Notes under the pieces: model-generated
The model's database searches: none
Seen by the model: the letters and a program-made list of their open reading frames with translations, nothing else
What the model was told of the DNA's origin: nothing
In this document: in pieces, positions 17,884-26,604 of the stretch
Numbering within the stretch: the first letter of the stretch is position 1
Layout: each line of letters starts with the position of its first letter
Made by a program: the position numbers and the translations under genes
DNA from: Candidatus Yanofskybacteria bacterium
Lineage (GTDB): Bacteria; Patescibacteriota; Minisyncoccia; 2-02-FULL-40-12; GWA2-44-9
Assembly (NCBI GenBank): GCA_020852375.1
Contig: JADZAY010000019.1
Location: 15,319 to 79,318 of the forward strand
DNA length: 64,000 nt
Reading direction: 5' to 3'

Positions 17884-20135
17884 CGCACGACGGCATCCAG
17901 GGCAGTGTGCAAGCGCTCGGGCTGATCGATCGAGTCCTCATACGGGTGATCCGAAGCGGCCTTTTCCTGACCGCGTTTATCCCGCTGGTCATTTTTCAGC
18001 GTACGTTTTCCCCGTTCTTCTTTGGAAAAGAAATACTCTTCCGCTTGTTGATCGAGCTTCTCGCGCCGCTCTATCTCTTCGTTGTCCTGCGTCATCCTGT
18101 CATGCGGCCGCCGCGTTCACTTCCGCTTTTGCTTCTGTGGGTGAGTGTTGCCGTTGCTATTATTGCGGGGCTTGCCAGCGCAAACCCGCAGCTCAGTTTT
18201 TTTGGGACCTGGGAGCGGATGGGCGGGGTGTTTACCCTCCTGCATGGCGCTCTGCTTGTGACTATGCTCTCTGGGATGTTCCAATCGCGAGGGGACTGGC
18301 GGACATTATTCGGATTATCGGTGGGAGTCGCGCTGGTATCAGCGTTGTACGGAATGCTCCAACTGACGACTATTCCGGGTATCGCGGGTGCGACGAGCAG
18401 GTTTCGAATCTTTGGGACGATTGGGAACCCTGCCGCTTTTGCGGGGTATCTTCTCGTAAATGTGTTTCTGGGACTCGCGCTTCTGCCGTCATCTTCGCTC
18501 CGCGCGCGAACTGCCATTGGTGTGAGCACGCTGGTGCTCGGCGGCGGCATCCTACTGAGTGCGGTCAGAGGCGCGGTAGCGGGCCTTATCGCCGGGCTTT
18601 GCTTTCTTGGATACCTGAAGTGGGGCGGCGTGAGCGCGCTGTTTCGGGGTCGAAGGATGGTCATGCTTGTTGTGGGGGCACTGCTGCTCGGTGGAGTGTT
18701 GTTCTTCTTTTCGAACACTGACCACTGGACTCGCCTTGTCCGATTCGATCTTTTCTGGGAGACGATCGGCCAGCGTCTGGTCGTTTGGTGGATGGGCATC
18801 CGCGGCGCCGCACAGCATCCGATGCTCGGGTGGGGACCAGAGCAGTTTCCGTCGCTGTACAGCGTCTGGTTCGATGCGCGCCTTTTTACGAACGCCCAAG
18901 GTGTCATATTCGATCGGGCACATAACATCATTGTCGATATCGCTTCGACGCAGGGGCTTATTGGTCTCACTGTGTATGCCGCGCTTCTGTGGGCCACATT
19001 CATTCGTCTCCCTGGCGTGCTGAAGGCGGGATTCGTGGCGGTTCTTGGTCACCTACTGTTCTTTTTCGATCTTCTTCCGACGGCGCTACTTGTTGGATAT
19101 CTCATCGCTTATGCGGCGCACCGGGGTGATAGCGCCCGGTGGCGGATGCCTACCGGGAAACGGGTGCAGGGGGTCAGTACGGTTGTTGTGGTAGCGCTTT
19201 CTGTTGGAGGATTGCTCCTGAACATCGGATCGCTTACCAGCAACCTCGCGGTGGCGCGCTCATATACCGCCTTCGCCACCGGGAATGGAGTGGATGGGAT
19301 TCGTTTCGGTGAGGTTGCGATGGGACGAGAACGGATGTTTTTGCAGGATGTTCGGAGAAAATACACTGAAGGTCTGGTTGGATATGCGTTTCGCGCCTCT
19401 CCGGAAGAGCGGGAGGCCATCGGCGGTTCTCTGAAAAATCTCCTCGGAGCGCTTCGGGAAGAGATTGATCATACGCCTGACGATTATGCCGGATACCTCT
19501 ATCTGTATAAAGCGTGCCGCGCGAATCGGATGCTCTTTTCGGATGCATACGGCGACAGTGCGTGTTCTCCTGATGTGCTCACTGAGGGGATACGGCGGTT
19601 ACCGCGGGCTCTTCCGCTCCAAGACGAGCAGTACAATGGCCTCATGGAGGCGGGCAAGTTTTCCGACGCGATTATCGTAGTATCAGGCATTCGCGCGGCA
19701 CTTGAGCAGCCGTCGTCCGAGACGTTGTTCATGCTTGGGGCTGCGCGTGTATCGATGGCTGTTGCGCGTGTGCCGCACGACCCTTCTGCCCTCCAAGAGG
19801 GGATGTGGGAGATCCAGTCCGCGATCGACGGCGGGTATCGAGATGCAGGAGCGGTGCAGGCGGCGGCTCAATTATTGGAGCGTTCTCGTGAATTCTCGTC
19901 GGAGCTCGCACTTTTTAGCGCGCTTGCCCGTTTCGAGCCGCGCTATCTGGTTCCGTTGGCGTATACGCATTTGATCATCGGAGAAAAGGACGCTGCGCAT
20001 CAAATAGCCGATCAAGCACTGGCGTTGCCTGACGGCGTCCTGAGCCCGGCCGGGTTTCAGGTGCTGGCAGAGCTCTATCGTCTTCTGGGGGATACTGCCG
20101 GCAGGAGCCGGGCATTTCTCCGGAGCACCCCATGA
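17880..20135 (+). CDS. O-antigen ligase / Wzy_C-domain polytopic membrane protein (PglL/PilO/WaaL-like glycosyl or oligosaccharyl transferase family) with a soluble C-terminal domain of about 330 aa
   Basis: Multiple TM helices are present. The hallmark motifs are RFRIFGTIGNPAAFAGYLL and the periplasmic loop GWGPEQF (the GxGxGxF pattern), along with R..VWWMG. Confidence 0.7.
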   Translation: MTHDGIQGSVQALGLIDRVLIRVIRSGLFLTAFIPLVIFQRTFSPFFFGKEILFRLLIELLAPLYLFVVLRHPVMRPPRSLPLLLLWVSVAVAIIAGLASANPQLSFFGTWERMGGVFTLLHGALLVTMLSGMFQSRGDWRTLFGLSVGVALVSALYGMLQLTTIPGIAGATSRFRIFGTIGNPAAFAGYLLVNVFLGLALLPSSSLRARTAIGVSTLVLGGGILLSAVRGAVAGLIAGLCFLGYLKWGGVSALFRGRRMVMLVVGALLLGGVLFFFSNTDHWTRLVRFDLFWETIGQRLVVWWMGIRGAAQHPMLGWGPEQFPSLYSVWFDARLFTNAQGVIFDRAHNIIVDIASTQGLIGLTVYAALLWATFIRLPGVLKAGFVAVLGHLLFFFDLLPTALLVGYLIAYAAHRGDSARWRMPTGKRVQGVSTVVVVALSVGGLLLNIGSLTSNLAVARSYTAFATGNGVDGIRFGEVAMGRERMFLQDVRRKYTEGLVGYAFRASPEEREAIGGSLKNLLGALREEIDHTPDDYAGYLYLYKACRANRMLFSDAYGDSACSPDVLTEGIRRLPRALPLQDEQYNGLMEAGKFSDAIIVVSGIRAALEQPSSETLFMLGAARVSMAVARVPHDPSALQEGMWEIQSAIDGGYRDAGAVQAAAQLLERSREFSSELALFSALARFEPRYLVPLAYTHLIIGEKDAAHQIADQALALPDGVLSPAGFQVLAELYRLLGDTAGRSRAFLRSTP

Positions 20136-20190
20136 CGGTTATCCACAGCCGAATGGGCTGCTCGTGGTGTAAAATAAGAGCATCAACACT

Positions 20191-20958
20191 ATGGATACAC
20201 CGACGCGCAGTCCAAAGGAGTTCGCGGTGGTTGCGGTCATCGGTTTCGCGCTCTTCTTCGGCTGGTCGCTGTATGACTCTGGTTTGTACCAAGCGCTCTT
20301 CCGTCCGGTAACTGTTTCGGCGGCTTCTTCGAGTTCGACGGCGACACTCTCGGTTACCGTTGGCTCAAATATCACCCTCACCATCGATGGGACCTGTGAT
20401 AATGGAAAAACGAACTGCGATTCGAACGCGAGCGCGAGCTTCGGCACGCTCACGGCCCTGACCAGCAATAACGCCAATACGCGTGTGAAGTTTGTTGCGA
20501 ATGATACTGCTACGCTTGCGATCGGGCGAAAGCGGGCGATCTCGAACGTAACTCTTGCATCGGATGCTAGCCCCGCCTCGATCAACATTTCAGATCTCGG
20601 AAGCGGGACCGGAACCGCGAATGCGGGGCCGAAGGCATTCACGGGTTGCTCGTCTCCGGTGACGGCCGCATGGTCGGAGGGCGTTTCAACGGGGCTTGGA
20701 TACACGGTTTGGGCAACTTCTACAGGGGGCGACAAGTCGGCCGGCTGCTGGGGCACGGGGACCGATTTCACTGGCGGGAGTGCGGCGGGGAACTTGTACG
20801 CAGCTCTTCAGGCCTCCAGCTCCGCGTCTACCGCGCTCACAACCTCTGTTACGGGTACCTACTATGCGTCGATCGGCTACCGTCTCGCAGTCACCGCGAC
20901 GCAAGCAGCAACCACCTATACCGGTAATGTCATCTATACCGGTACAACAACCCCCTAG
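20191..20958 (+). CDS. Ser/Thr/Gly-rich membrane-anchored protein; paralogue B of the protein encoded at 17050..17883
   Basis: The N-terminal TM segment is FAVVAVIGFALFFGWSLY. Blocks shared with the 17050 protein are RAISNVTLASDASPAS, TGLGYTVWA, CWGTGT, YAALQASSSAST, and a C-terminal YTGNVIYTGTTTP. Confidence 0.6.
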   Translation: MDTPTRSPKEFAVVAVIGFALFFGWSLYDSGLYQALFRPVTVSAASSSSTATLSVTVGSNITLTIDGTCDNGKTNCDSNASASFGTLTALTSNNANTRVKFVANDTATLAIGRKRAISNVTLASDASPASINISDLGSGTGTANAGPKAFTGCSSPVTAAWSEGVSTGLGYTVWATSTGGDKSAGCWGTGTDFTGGSAAGNLYAALQASSSASTALTTSVTGTYYASIGYRLAVTATQAATTYTGNVIYTGTTTP

Positions 20959-20997
20959 CGGCGTTGTACTGCGCAATGCGCACGACAGGCGGCGCAG

Positions 20998-21026
20998 TTG
21001 GCTGTTTTTCTGTACGGTGCTATAGT
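20998..21026 (+). promoter_or_regulatory. Sigma70-like promoter TTGGCT-N17-TATAGT; the ATG lies about 7 nt downstream, giving a near-leaderless mRNA
   Basis: The -35 element is at 20998-21003 and the -10 element at 21021-21026. The ATG at 21033 follows. Confidence 0.45.
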
Positions 21027-21032
21027 GCCAGC

Positions 21033-21932
21033 ATGATGAGGTCCACGAGATTTTTGAGCGGCAGTATCGTTCTCTTCGCTGCTTTTTTGTGCGCATCATT
21101 TGCTGCCGCCGCTCCGGTCGGTGTTACCGTTGCTCCGATCCGTTATGCAGTGAATGTGGACCCTGGAGCATCGTATGAAGATGTCATTACGGTTGCGAAT
21201 CCGAACGATTTTGTCCTTCGGGTGCAACCAGAGTTTCAAGATTTCCGCGTGACCGATGGCAATACGATCCAGTGGGTTCCGTCCGATGTCGAGAACCCCT
21301 ATCGGATGGTCGATTGGATCGAGATCGATCGGAGCATTGTCACGCTGAAGCCCCACGAGGAGGCTCGAATTCCGTTCACCATCCGTGTTCCACGGGCGGC
21401 AACTGCCGGTGGGCGGTATGCCGCGATCTTTTTTACGGCGGTGCTGAACAACCAAGGGGAGAATGTTGGTGCAGTCCCTCGGGTCGGTGCTCTCGTGATC
21501 CTGAACGTGAACGGGGATCTTACGCGGACTGGGAATCTTACGTCTTTGGATATTCCTCGCTTTGTTGCTGGCGGTCCCGTGAGTATGAAGGTTGGGTATT
21601 TGAACACGGGAACTACGCATTATGAGAGCAATGTATCAGTCAGTATTCGGGGTCTCATTGGGAAGACCACCGTTGTTCAGGGGGAGCGGCGTTTCGTGTA
21701 CCCGAATATCGAGCGAACGATCACGGCGCAGTGGAGTCGAGCATTCCCGTTCGGCGTGTATCGTGTTACCGCAACGGCGGTTGATGGGAGTGGTGTTTCT
21801 CAAATAATGGAGCGTTGGGTGGTCGCGGTGCCGTTCCGTCTCGTGATACCGGCTGCGCTGATATTCTTCGCACTCTTCTTCGGACTGCGGTGGTTCCGAT
21901 CGAAATTTAAGATCGTACGAGCTTCGGTTTAG
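21033..21932 (+). CDS. Secreted surface protein with a signal peptide and a C-terminal TM anchor, about 300 aa
   Basis: The N-terminus is MMRSTRFLSGSIVLFAAFLCASFAAAAP. The C-terminal hydrophobic helix PAALIFFALFFGLRWFRSKFK is followed by basic residues. The middle appears beta-rich. Confidence 0.55.
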   Translation: MMRSTRFLSGSIVLFAAFLCASFAAAAPVGVTVAPIRYAVNVDPGASYEDVITVANPNDFVLRVQPEFQDFRVTDGNTIQWVPSDVENPYRMVDWIEIDRSIVTLKPHEEARIPFTIRVPRAATAGGRYAAIFFTAVLNNQGENVGAVPRVGALVILNVNGDLTRTGNLTSLDIPRFVAGGPVSMKVGYLNTGTTHYESNVSVSIRGLIGKTTVVQGERRFVYPNIERTITAQWSRAFPFGVYRVTATAVDGSGVSQIMERWVVAVPFRLVIPAALIFFALFFGLRWFRSKFKIVRASV

Positions 21933-22855
21933 TGTGTGGCTGTATGAATATCCTGGGGCGCACGATCACGGTCTGTGCAGTCATGTTTTTCGTGTCGGTT
22001 CCCGCTTTTGCTGCAACCGGGTCGCTTGATGTACGAGTGGTTCCATTTTCTCCGACGCCAACCCCATCGTCGACACCCACTCCGACGGCATCTCCGCTAT
22101 CTGGGGGGTCTGTGAGCGGAGACGTAAGTTGGAGTCGCATTGCGGCGATAGAGCTCAATGGTGTTGCGTTTCCGCGCGCGACCGTTCATCTGCTGAAGGA
22201 CGGCGTTGACGTCGCGCGAAGCGATGCGGACGACGAGGGGCGCTTTCGCATTGCACTATCGGGACTCGCGGGCGGGTCGTATCTGTTCGGTTTGACGGCA
22301 GTTGCGAATGACGGCACAAGAACCGATCCGTATTCGTTCGTAGCTATTCCCATTCTTGGATCCACGACTCATATATCGAATATCCTCCTTCCGCCTCTTG
22401 TCGTGGCGGAGGATAGCCAAGCGGCTGGCGGAACGGGGGCCTGGCTGCGGGGATGGACCGCCCCGGGAGCTCAGATCGAAGTAACGGTTGATGACGGTGT
22501 GTGGCAAGGCATCGCATTTGTCCATAATGACGGATCATACCGAGCTGAAGTTATTCCGAACGATCAACGTTCCGGTGAGCACGTGCTCCGCGTTCGGGCC
22601 ATCGTGGGGCGCATGGGGTCGCCGTCGTCTCGCGAGATCCGATTTGTGGTGGGCGAGGCGCTGCCTTCTGTGTGTGGTACAGGTGTGGACACGGCTGATA
22701 TTAATGATGACGGGAGGGTAGATCTGGTGGATTTTTCCATCCTATCTTTTTGGTACGAGAAACCGATCGATGCCGGGGCTCGTGCTGATCTGAATTGCGA
22801 CGGCTCGGTCACACTCGCCGACGTGAGTATATTGGCTTTCTTTTGGACGGGATGA
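21932..22855 (+). CDS. Secreted protein with a C-terminal type-I dockerin domain
   Basis: A signal peptide is present. Two calcium-binding dockerin repeats are visible: DINDDGRVDLVDFSIL and DLNCDGSVTLADVSIL. The stop overlaps the next start as ATGA. Confidence 0.65.
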   Translation: MCGCMNILGRTITVCAVMFFVSVPAFAATGSLDVRVVPFSPTPTPSSTPTPTASPLSGGSVSGDVSWSRIAAIELNGVAFPRATVHLLKDGVDVARSDADDEGRFRIALSGLAGGSYLFGLTAVANDGTRTDPYSFVAIPILGSTTHISNILLPPLVVAEDSQAAGGTGAWLRGWTAPGAQIEVTVDDGVWQGIAFVHNDGSYRAEVIPNDQRSGEHVLRVRAIVGRMGSPSSREIRFVVGEALPSVCGTGVDTADINDDGRVDLVDFSILSFWYEKPIDAGARADLNCDGSVTLADVSILAFFWTG

Positions 22856-23721
22856 CCTCCTCTCGTTTCATTGCTCTCTGTGCGGGTGTCCTGCTTGGAG
22901 TTCTCCTGAGCCCCCTGCGGGGACATGCAGCAGAGCTGATCCTTGTCCGGGATGGCTCTTCGGGGTCGGGAGGCGTTACGGTGCGCGTCGTGGTCAAGCC
23001 GGAGGAGCCCGTGAACGCCCTTTCGGGTGAGTTGCGATATGACCCCGCGCTGTTGAAGGTTGAAGATGTAAATGCTGCCAACTCGGTCATCAGCCTTTGG
23101 ACGCGGGCCCCAGCGGAGAACTCCGAGGGGGTGATCGTTTTTGCGGGAGCAATTCCCGGAGGACTTACGCCTGCAGTGGCGGTGAACGCGGAGGTGTTCC
23201 GGGTACGCTTTTCTACTCGTTCTGCGGGTGCGACGAGTCTGCGCATGAGCGACCTCGTGGCGTACCTACACGGTCCGAATGCTCAGCGCGATGTCGTTCG
23301 GACCGCGCCGCTCTTATTGGATCTTACGCGTCCAGCAAGCGCATCGGAGCCGCTTATGCTCGACTTTTCTCCGCCAGAGCCGTTTGTGGTCCGTTTGGTG
23401 AAGAGCGTGGAGCTGATGAACGCGGCGTCGGTGCTCGTCTTTCAGACTGCCGATAAGGGTTCCGGTGTCGTTTCATACCAGGTTCGGGAGCGACGGTTCG
23501 GGATTTGGAGCGATTGGCGTGAAGCTCAAAGTCCGATGCGGATATCCGGTATCCACCTCTTGAGTGCATACGAGATTAAAGCGGTGGATGCTGTCGGGCA
23601 CGAGTATATTGCCCGGTTCACTCCTCCCCGACTGGAGGCCCTTTGGACGATCGGGGCTTCGCTCGGAGAGAAGATCTGGCACATCATGCGTTCGGCCGTT
23701 CGCTGGCTTCGTGTGTGGTGA
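22852..23721 (+). CDS. Secreted protein with a cohesin-like domain
   Basis: The signal peptide is MTSSRFIALCAGVLLGVLLSPLRGHAA. The segment GVTVRVVVKP...LSGELRYDPALLKVEDV...GVIVFAGAIPGG fits the cohesin pattern (V.V.V...F.L.YDP..L...). Translationally coupled to the dockerin gene. Confidence 0.55.
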   Translation: MTSSRFIALCAGVLLGVLLSPLRGHAAELILVRDGSSGSGGVTVRVVVKPEEPVNALSGELRYDPALLKVEDVNAANSVISLWTRAPAENSEGVIVFAGAIPGGLTPAVAVNAEVFRVRFSTRSAGATSLRMSDLVAYLHGPNAQRDVVRTAPLLLDLTRPASASEPLMLDFSPPEPFVVRLVKSVELMNAASVLVFQTADKGSGVVSYQVRERRFGIWSDWREAQSPMRISGIHLLSAYEIKAVDAVGHEYIARFTPPRLEALWTIGASLGEKIWHIMRSAVRWLRVW

Positions 23722-23752
23722 TGCGCACTGGACATATGGTATACTAGAGGGT

Positions 23753-24427
23753 ATGTTCACCCATCAGCTCATCCTAGGAGTAGGCGTGCTGGTTAGTATG
23801 CTTGCGGTATTGATCGGATTCGGATTCGGGGCTGAAATAGTTTCCGTTGCCATTGCGACAAACCTTCTCCTTATCAGTACCTTTGGGGCGAAACTGATCT
23901 CTATTTTCGGGTTCGTCAGTAATATTGGAAACATTTTCTATGCGACGACATTTTTTGCTGTTCAACTCTTGCTTGAGCGATATGGCAGGCGGGAAGCAGT
24001 TCGGGCGGTGTGGGCCGGCGTGTTCGCTCTCGTGGTGTTCGTGATCATGGGGTAGTTGGCTCTGGATCTGGGCGAGATCGTTGTGTCTGGCGATGTCGAT
24101 AAAGCGATTACCACGATATTCCAAGGCGGCATCAGACTCGGAATCGCTATCGGTATACCATTTTTGATTGCTCAACACATTCAGATCGCGATTTTTGAGA
24201 CGCTGAAGCGTTCGACGGGTAAACGACTGCTTTGGGTGCGGAGTCTCGCGGCGACGGTCGGCGGGCAATTCATCGATAGCATTCTCTTCTTCTCGATCGC
24301 ATTCGTGGGAATGCTTCCCGATCCGCTGGTACTTCAGATGATGGTCGCGGGATTTCTGGCAAAGACAGGGTTCGGTGTATTGAGCGTACCGCTCCTCTAT
24401 GTAAGTCGGAGAGCTCGGCATGCATAA
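23753..24427 (+). pseudogene. yhhQ: YhhQ/DUF165 (vitamin-uptake-transporter family) queuosine-precursor transporter, interrupted by an in-frame TAG at 24053-24055
   Basis: The track ORFs 23564..24055 and 24056..24427 are in the same frame, separated only by the TAG. The C-terminal half carries the family signature LWVRSLAATVGGQFIDSILFFSIAF. The ATG at 23753 is preceded by the extended -10 element TGgTATACT, which makes the mRNA leaderless. TAG is used as a true stop codon elsewhere in the window. Confidence 0.5.
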
Positions 24428-26540
24428 TATGGCGCGCTATTTTGTTTTCTGGCAGAAGATCGCATCGCGGCTCTGGCAGCAGCTTGTTCGGAGGCGCGCC
24501 TTTTTTGGTATGACGGTACTAGGACTTGTTCTTGCGGCGAGCATATTTCTGATCGAGCCGAAGATTGTCGGGCTCGTGACCCGGAACGAATTTCTCCAGT
24601 ACAGAGAGCGAGTCCGGCAGCATGCGCGCGAGCAGACGGTGCCGCTTCTTGATGGTGCGCGTGAGATCGCGCGATCAGATGCGCTGATCCATTTTATTCG
24701 TGATGGAGATGTTTCGAGCATTGCTCTGCTTGCCCACCGCGAGGGAGAGAAGCGTGGTATCAATGCGGTTCTTGTCGTGGACCGGAACGGCGTCGCGCTC
24801 TCCCGATCATATGCGGTGACACAGTACGGCGACTACACATTTCAGGCATCTCCCTGGGGCGACGCACTCTCCCGAGGGGAAGAGGTGAGTGGCATCGATC
24901 GGGGGGTGGCGCATCCGCTGGTGATGTTTGCTGGTGTCCCGGTGATGGACAACGGAGAATTTGTCGGCGCTGTGGTTACAGCATTCCCGTTATATGATGA
25001 CTACGCTAGCGTGTTCCGGTCTACACATCTCCGGGGTGGGGAGCACGTCGCGTTCTATCGGCGAGGGATCGGGTTGACCGGAGCGAGCTTTACCGACCAA
25101 GCGGATCGGAGTGCGATCGCTGCGTACCTGAACTCCGGGAGTGACCTTACGACGTGTTGCAGCGATCCGGAGCTTTTGCGTATTCACGACGATGTGTACC
25201 TTATCGGCAATATCGTCTTTCCGGGGGTGCGAGAGCCGGCTGGCGGGATGATCCTCCTTCATCCGGTGCAGTCACGCGGGCAGCGTCTCGGTATGGTTTT
25301 GGGGATGACAGTTGCGCTGCTTGCCGCTCTTTCATATCTTGCGTGGCGGAGGCGTCTAACCCTGCTGGATGTTCGGTGGGCGCTTTTCTTCTGTGCGCTT
25401 TTCTTTTTCTTTGCGCTCCAAATAATCCTGACCGTCTTTCTTACGCGCCAGGGTTTCGTGCGGGTCATGGATGTGCCCGAGACGACTTCAATCTACAACT
25501 CGACCATGAGTTTTGGTCCCGAGACCGCTGTGTTCGAACTGAACTCAGAACACCGGATCGCGATCAATGTCGAGACTGGGGGAGAGCGGGTGAACGCTAT
25601 CCGAGCCGTGGCCTCTTTCGACCCGTCACGGGTCGCCGCTGTCGGTGTCGAGTCAACAGATTCCCTGTGTGAGAAGGGGATTGTGCTCGAAAGAACGATC
25701 GACAACGAGAGTGGCACCGTTTCTGTCTCTTGTGGATTACTGGGAGCTGAATTTTCCGGCACCGATGTCTTTGTTCGGCTCATTCTTCGTCCCCTCAAGG
25801 CGGGTGACTTTACGCTTCGTTTTGCGGAAGGGACTCAAGTGCTCGCGAATGATGGGCTGGGGACCAGCGTCTTGCGCTCGTGGACGGATAGCGGGTATAC
25901 GGTAATCGCCGAGCGCTCGAGTGCTTCCAGCGGTAAGATCCCATTCACCATGTTCTCTCCAACACATCCCAATCGTGAGCGCTGGTATTCTTCAAGGGAT
26001 GTGGGCGTCTCATGGCTTTCGCGGCCTGGCATCCGCTACACCTACGCTGTCGATGCTACCGGCAGTGAAGTACCGGTGCCTGTCGGCGACTCGTCTCTCG
26101 AGGTTGTCGGGTTATCAGACGGAGCACATATGATCCGACTGTCTGCCTGGAAAGACGGCATCAGAACGGAGACAGCAGAAATCCGCCTAAAGATTGATGG
26201 GACTCCCCCCGAAGGTTTTATGGTCAGGGCGAGCGACACGAGTGTCGTCGCTGGGGATGTTGTTCGCATCGATGCTGCGGCAGCCGACAATCTAAGTGGG
26301 TTGCAAAAGAGCACGTATGTTCAGGTAGACGATGGGGTCCTACTCCCTGTGCGGCTTCCGGTTTCTATACCGTTCACACGGAAGGGGGTGCATCAGGTGA
26401 TGGTTCGTGTGTTTGATAATGCAGGAAACCATGCGGATGCTACGACCGAAATACATGTTCGGTCGCGGTCCGGTTTCATAGACCGCTTTTTGAACGAACT
26501 CCTTCCGACCATTTCGGGGTTCGCCTCCTCATTCCTTTGA
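24420..26540 (+). CDS. Large membrane protein of 706 aa: an N-terminal TM helix, an extracytoplasmic sensor-like domain, a second TM helix, and a C-terminal region with a second cohesin-like module
   Basis: TM helices occur near residue 30 and near residue 300 (VLGMTVALLAALSYLAW, FFFALQIILTVFL). The C-terminal segments AVASFDPSRVAAVGVE and GTDVFVRLILRPLKAGDFTLRF resemble a cohesin. Confidence 0.55.
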   Translation: MHNMARYFVFWQKIASRLWQQLVRRRAFFGMTVLGLVLAASIFLIEPKIVGLVTRNEFLQYRERVRQHAREQTVPLLDGAREIARSDALIHFIRDGDVSSIALLAHREGEKRGINAVLVVDRNGVALSRSYAVTQYGDYTFQASPWGDALSRGEEVSGIDRGVAHPLVMFAGVPVMDNGEFVGAVVTAFPLYDDYASVFRSTHLRGGEHVAFYRRGIGLTGASFTDQADRSAIAAYLNSGSDLTTCCSDPELLRIHDDVYLIGNIVFPGVREPAGGMILLHPVQSRGQRLGMVLGMTVALLAALSYLAWRRRLTLLDVRWALFFCALFFFFALQIILTVFLTRQGFVRVMDVPETTSIYNSTMSFGPETAVFELNSEHRIAINVETGGERVNAIRAVASFDPSRVAAVGVESTDSLCEKGIVLERTIDNESGTVSVSCGLLGAEFSGTDVFVRLILRPLKAGDFTLRFAEGTQVLANDGLGTSVLRSWTDSGYTVIAERSSASSGKIPFTMFSPTHPNRERWYSSRDVGVSWLSRPGIRYTYAVDATGSEVPVPVGDSSLEVVGLSDGAHMIRLSAWKDGIRTETAEIRLKIDGTPPEGFMVRASDTSVVAGDVVRIDAAAADNLSGLQKSTYVQVDDGVLLPVRLPVSIPFTRKGVHQVMVRVFDNAGNHADATTEIHVRSRSGFIDRFLNELLPTISGFASSFL

Positions 26541-26551
26541 TCCTTGCCGGA

Positions 26552-26601
26552 TCATTGCATATAGTTGGGCGCTTGATAACGTGCGCCACAGCCGTCCGTA
26601 G
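26552..26601 (+). repeat. Copy B of the roughly 52-bp direct repeat, paired with copy A at 9905..9954
   Basis: Copy B reads TCATTGcATAtAGTTGGGCGCTTGATAACgTGCGCCACAgCCGTCCGTAG. It lies 12 bp after the last gene of the array and is followed directly by AGGAGG-N4-GTG. Confidence 0.7.
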
Positions 26602-26604
26602 GAG

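Noticed and set aside
18092-19052. Minus-strand ORFs of 303 aa and 166 aa inside the Wzy_C gene
   Set aside because: They are antisense to a membrane protein with family motifs. Third-position GC is low and no RBS is present.
23753-24427. Alternative genetic code, either TGA or TAG read as sense, as an explanation for the interrupted yhhQ gene
   Set aside because: TGA and TAG both terminate well-conserved genes here at positions consistent with their homologues. Examples are the giant gene (TGA), the 1451..2455 gene (TAG) and the zinc-ribbon gene (TAG).
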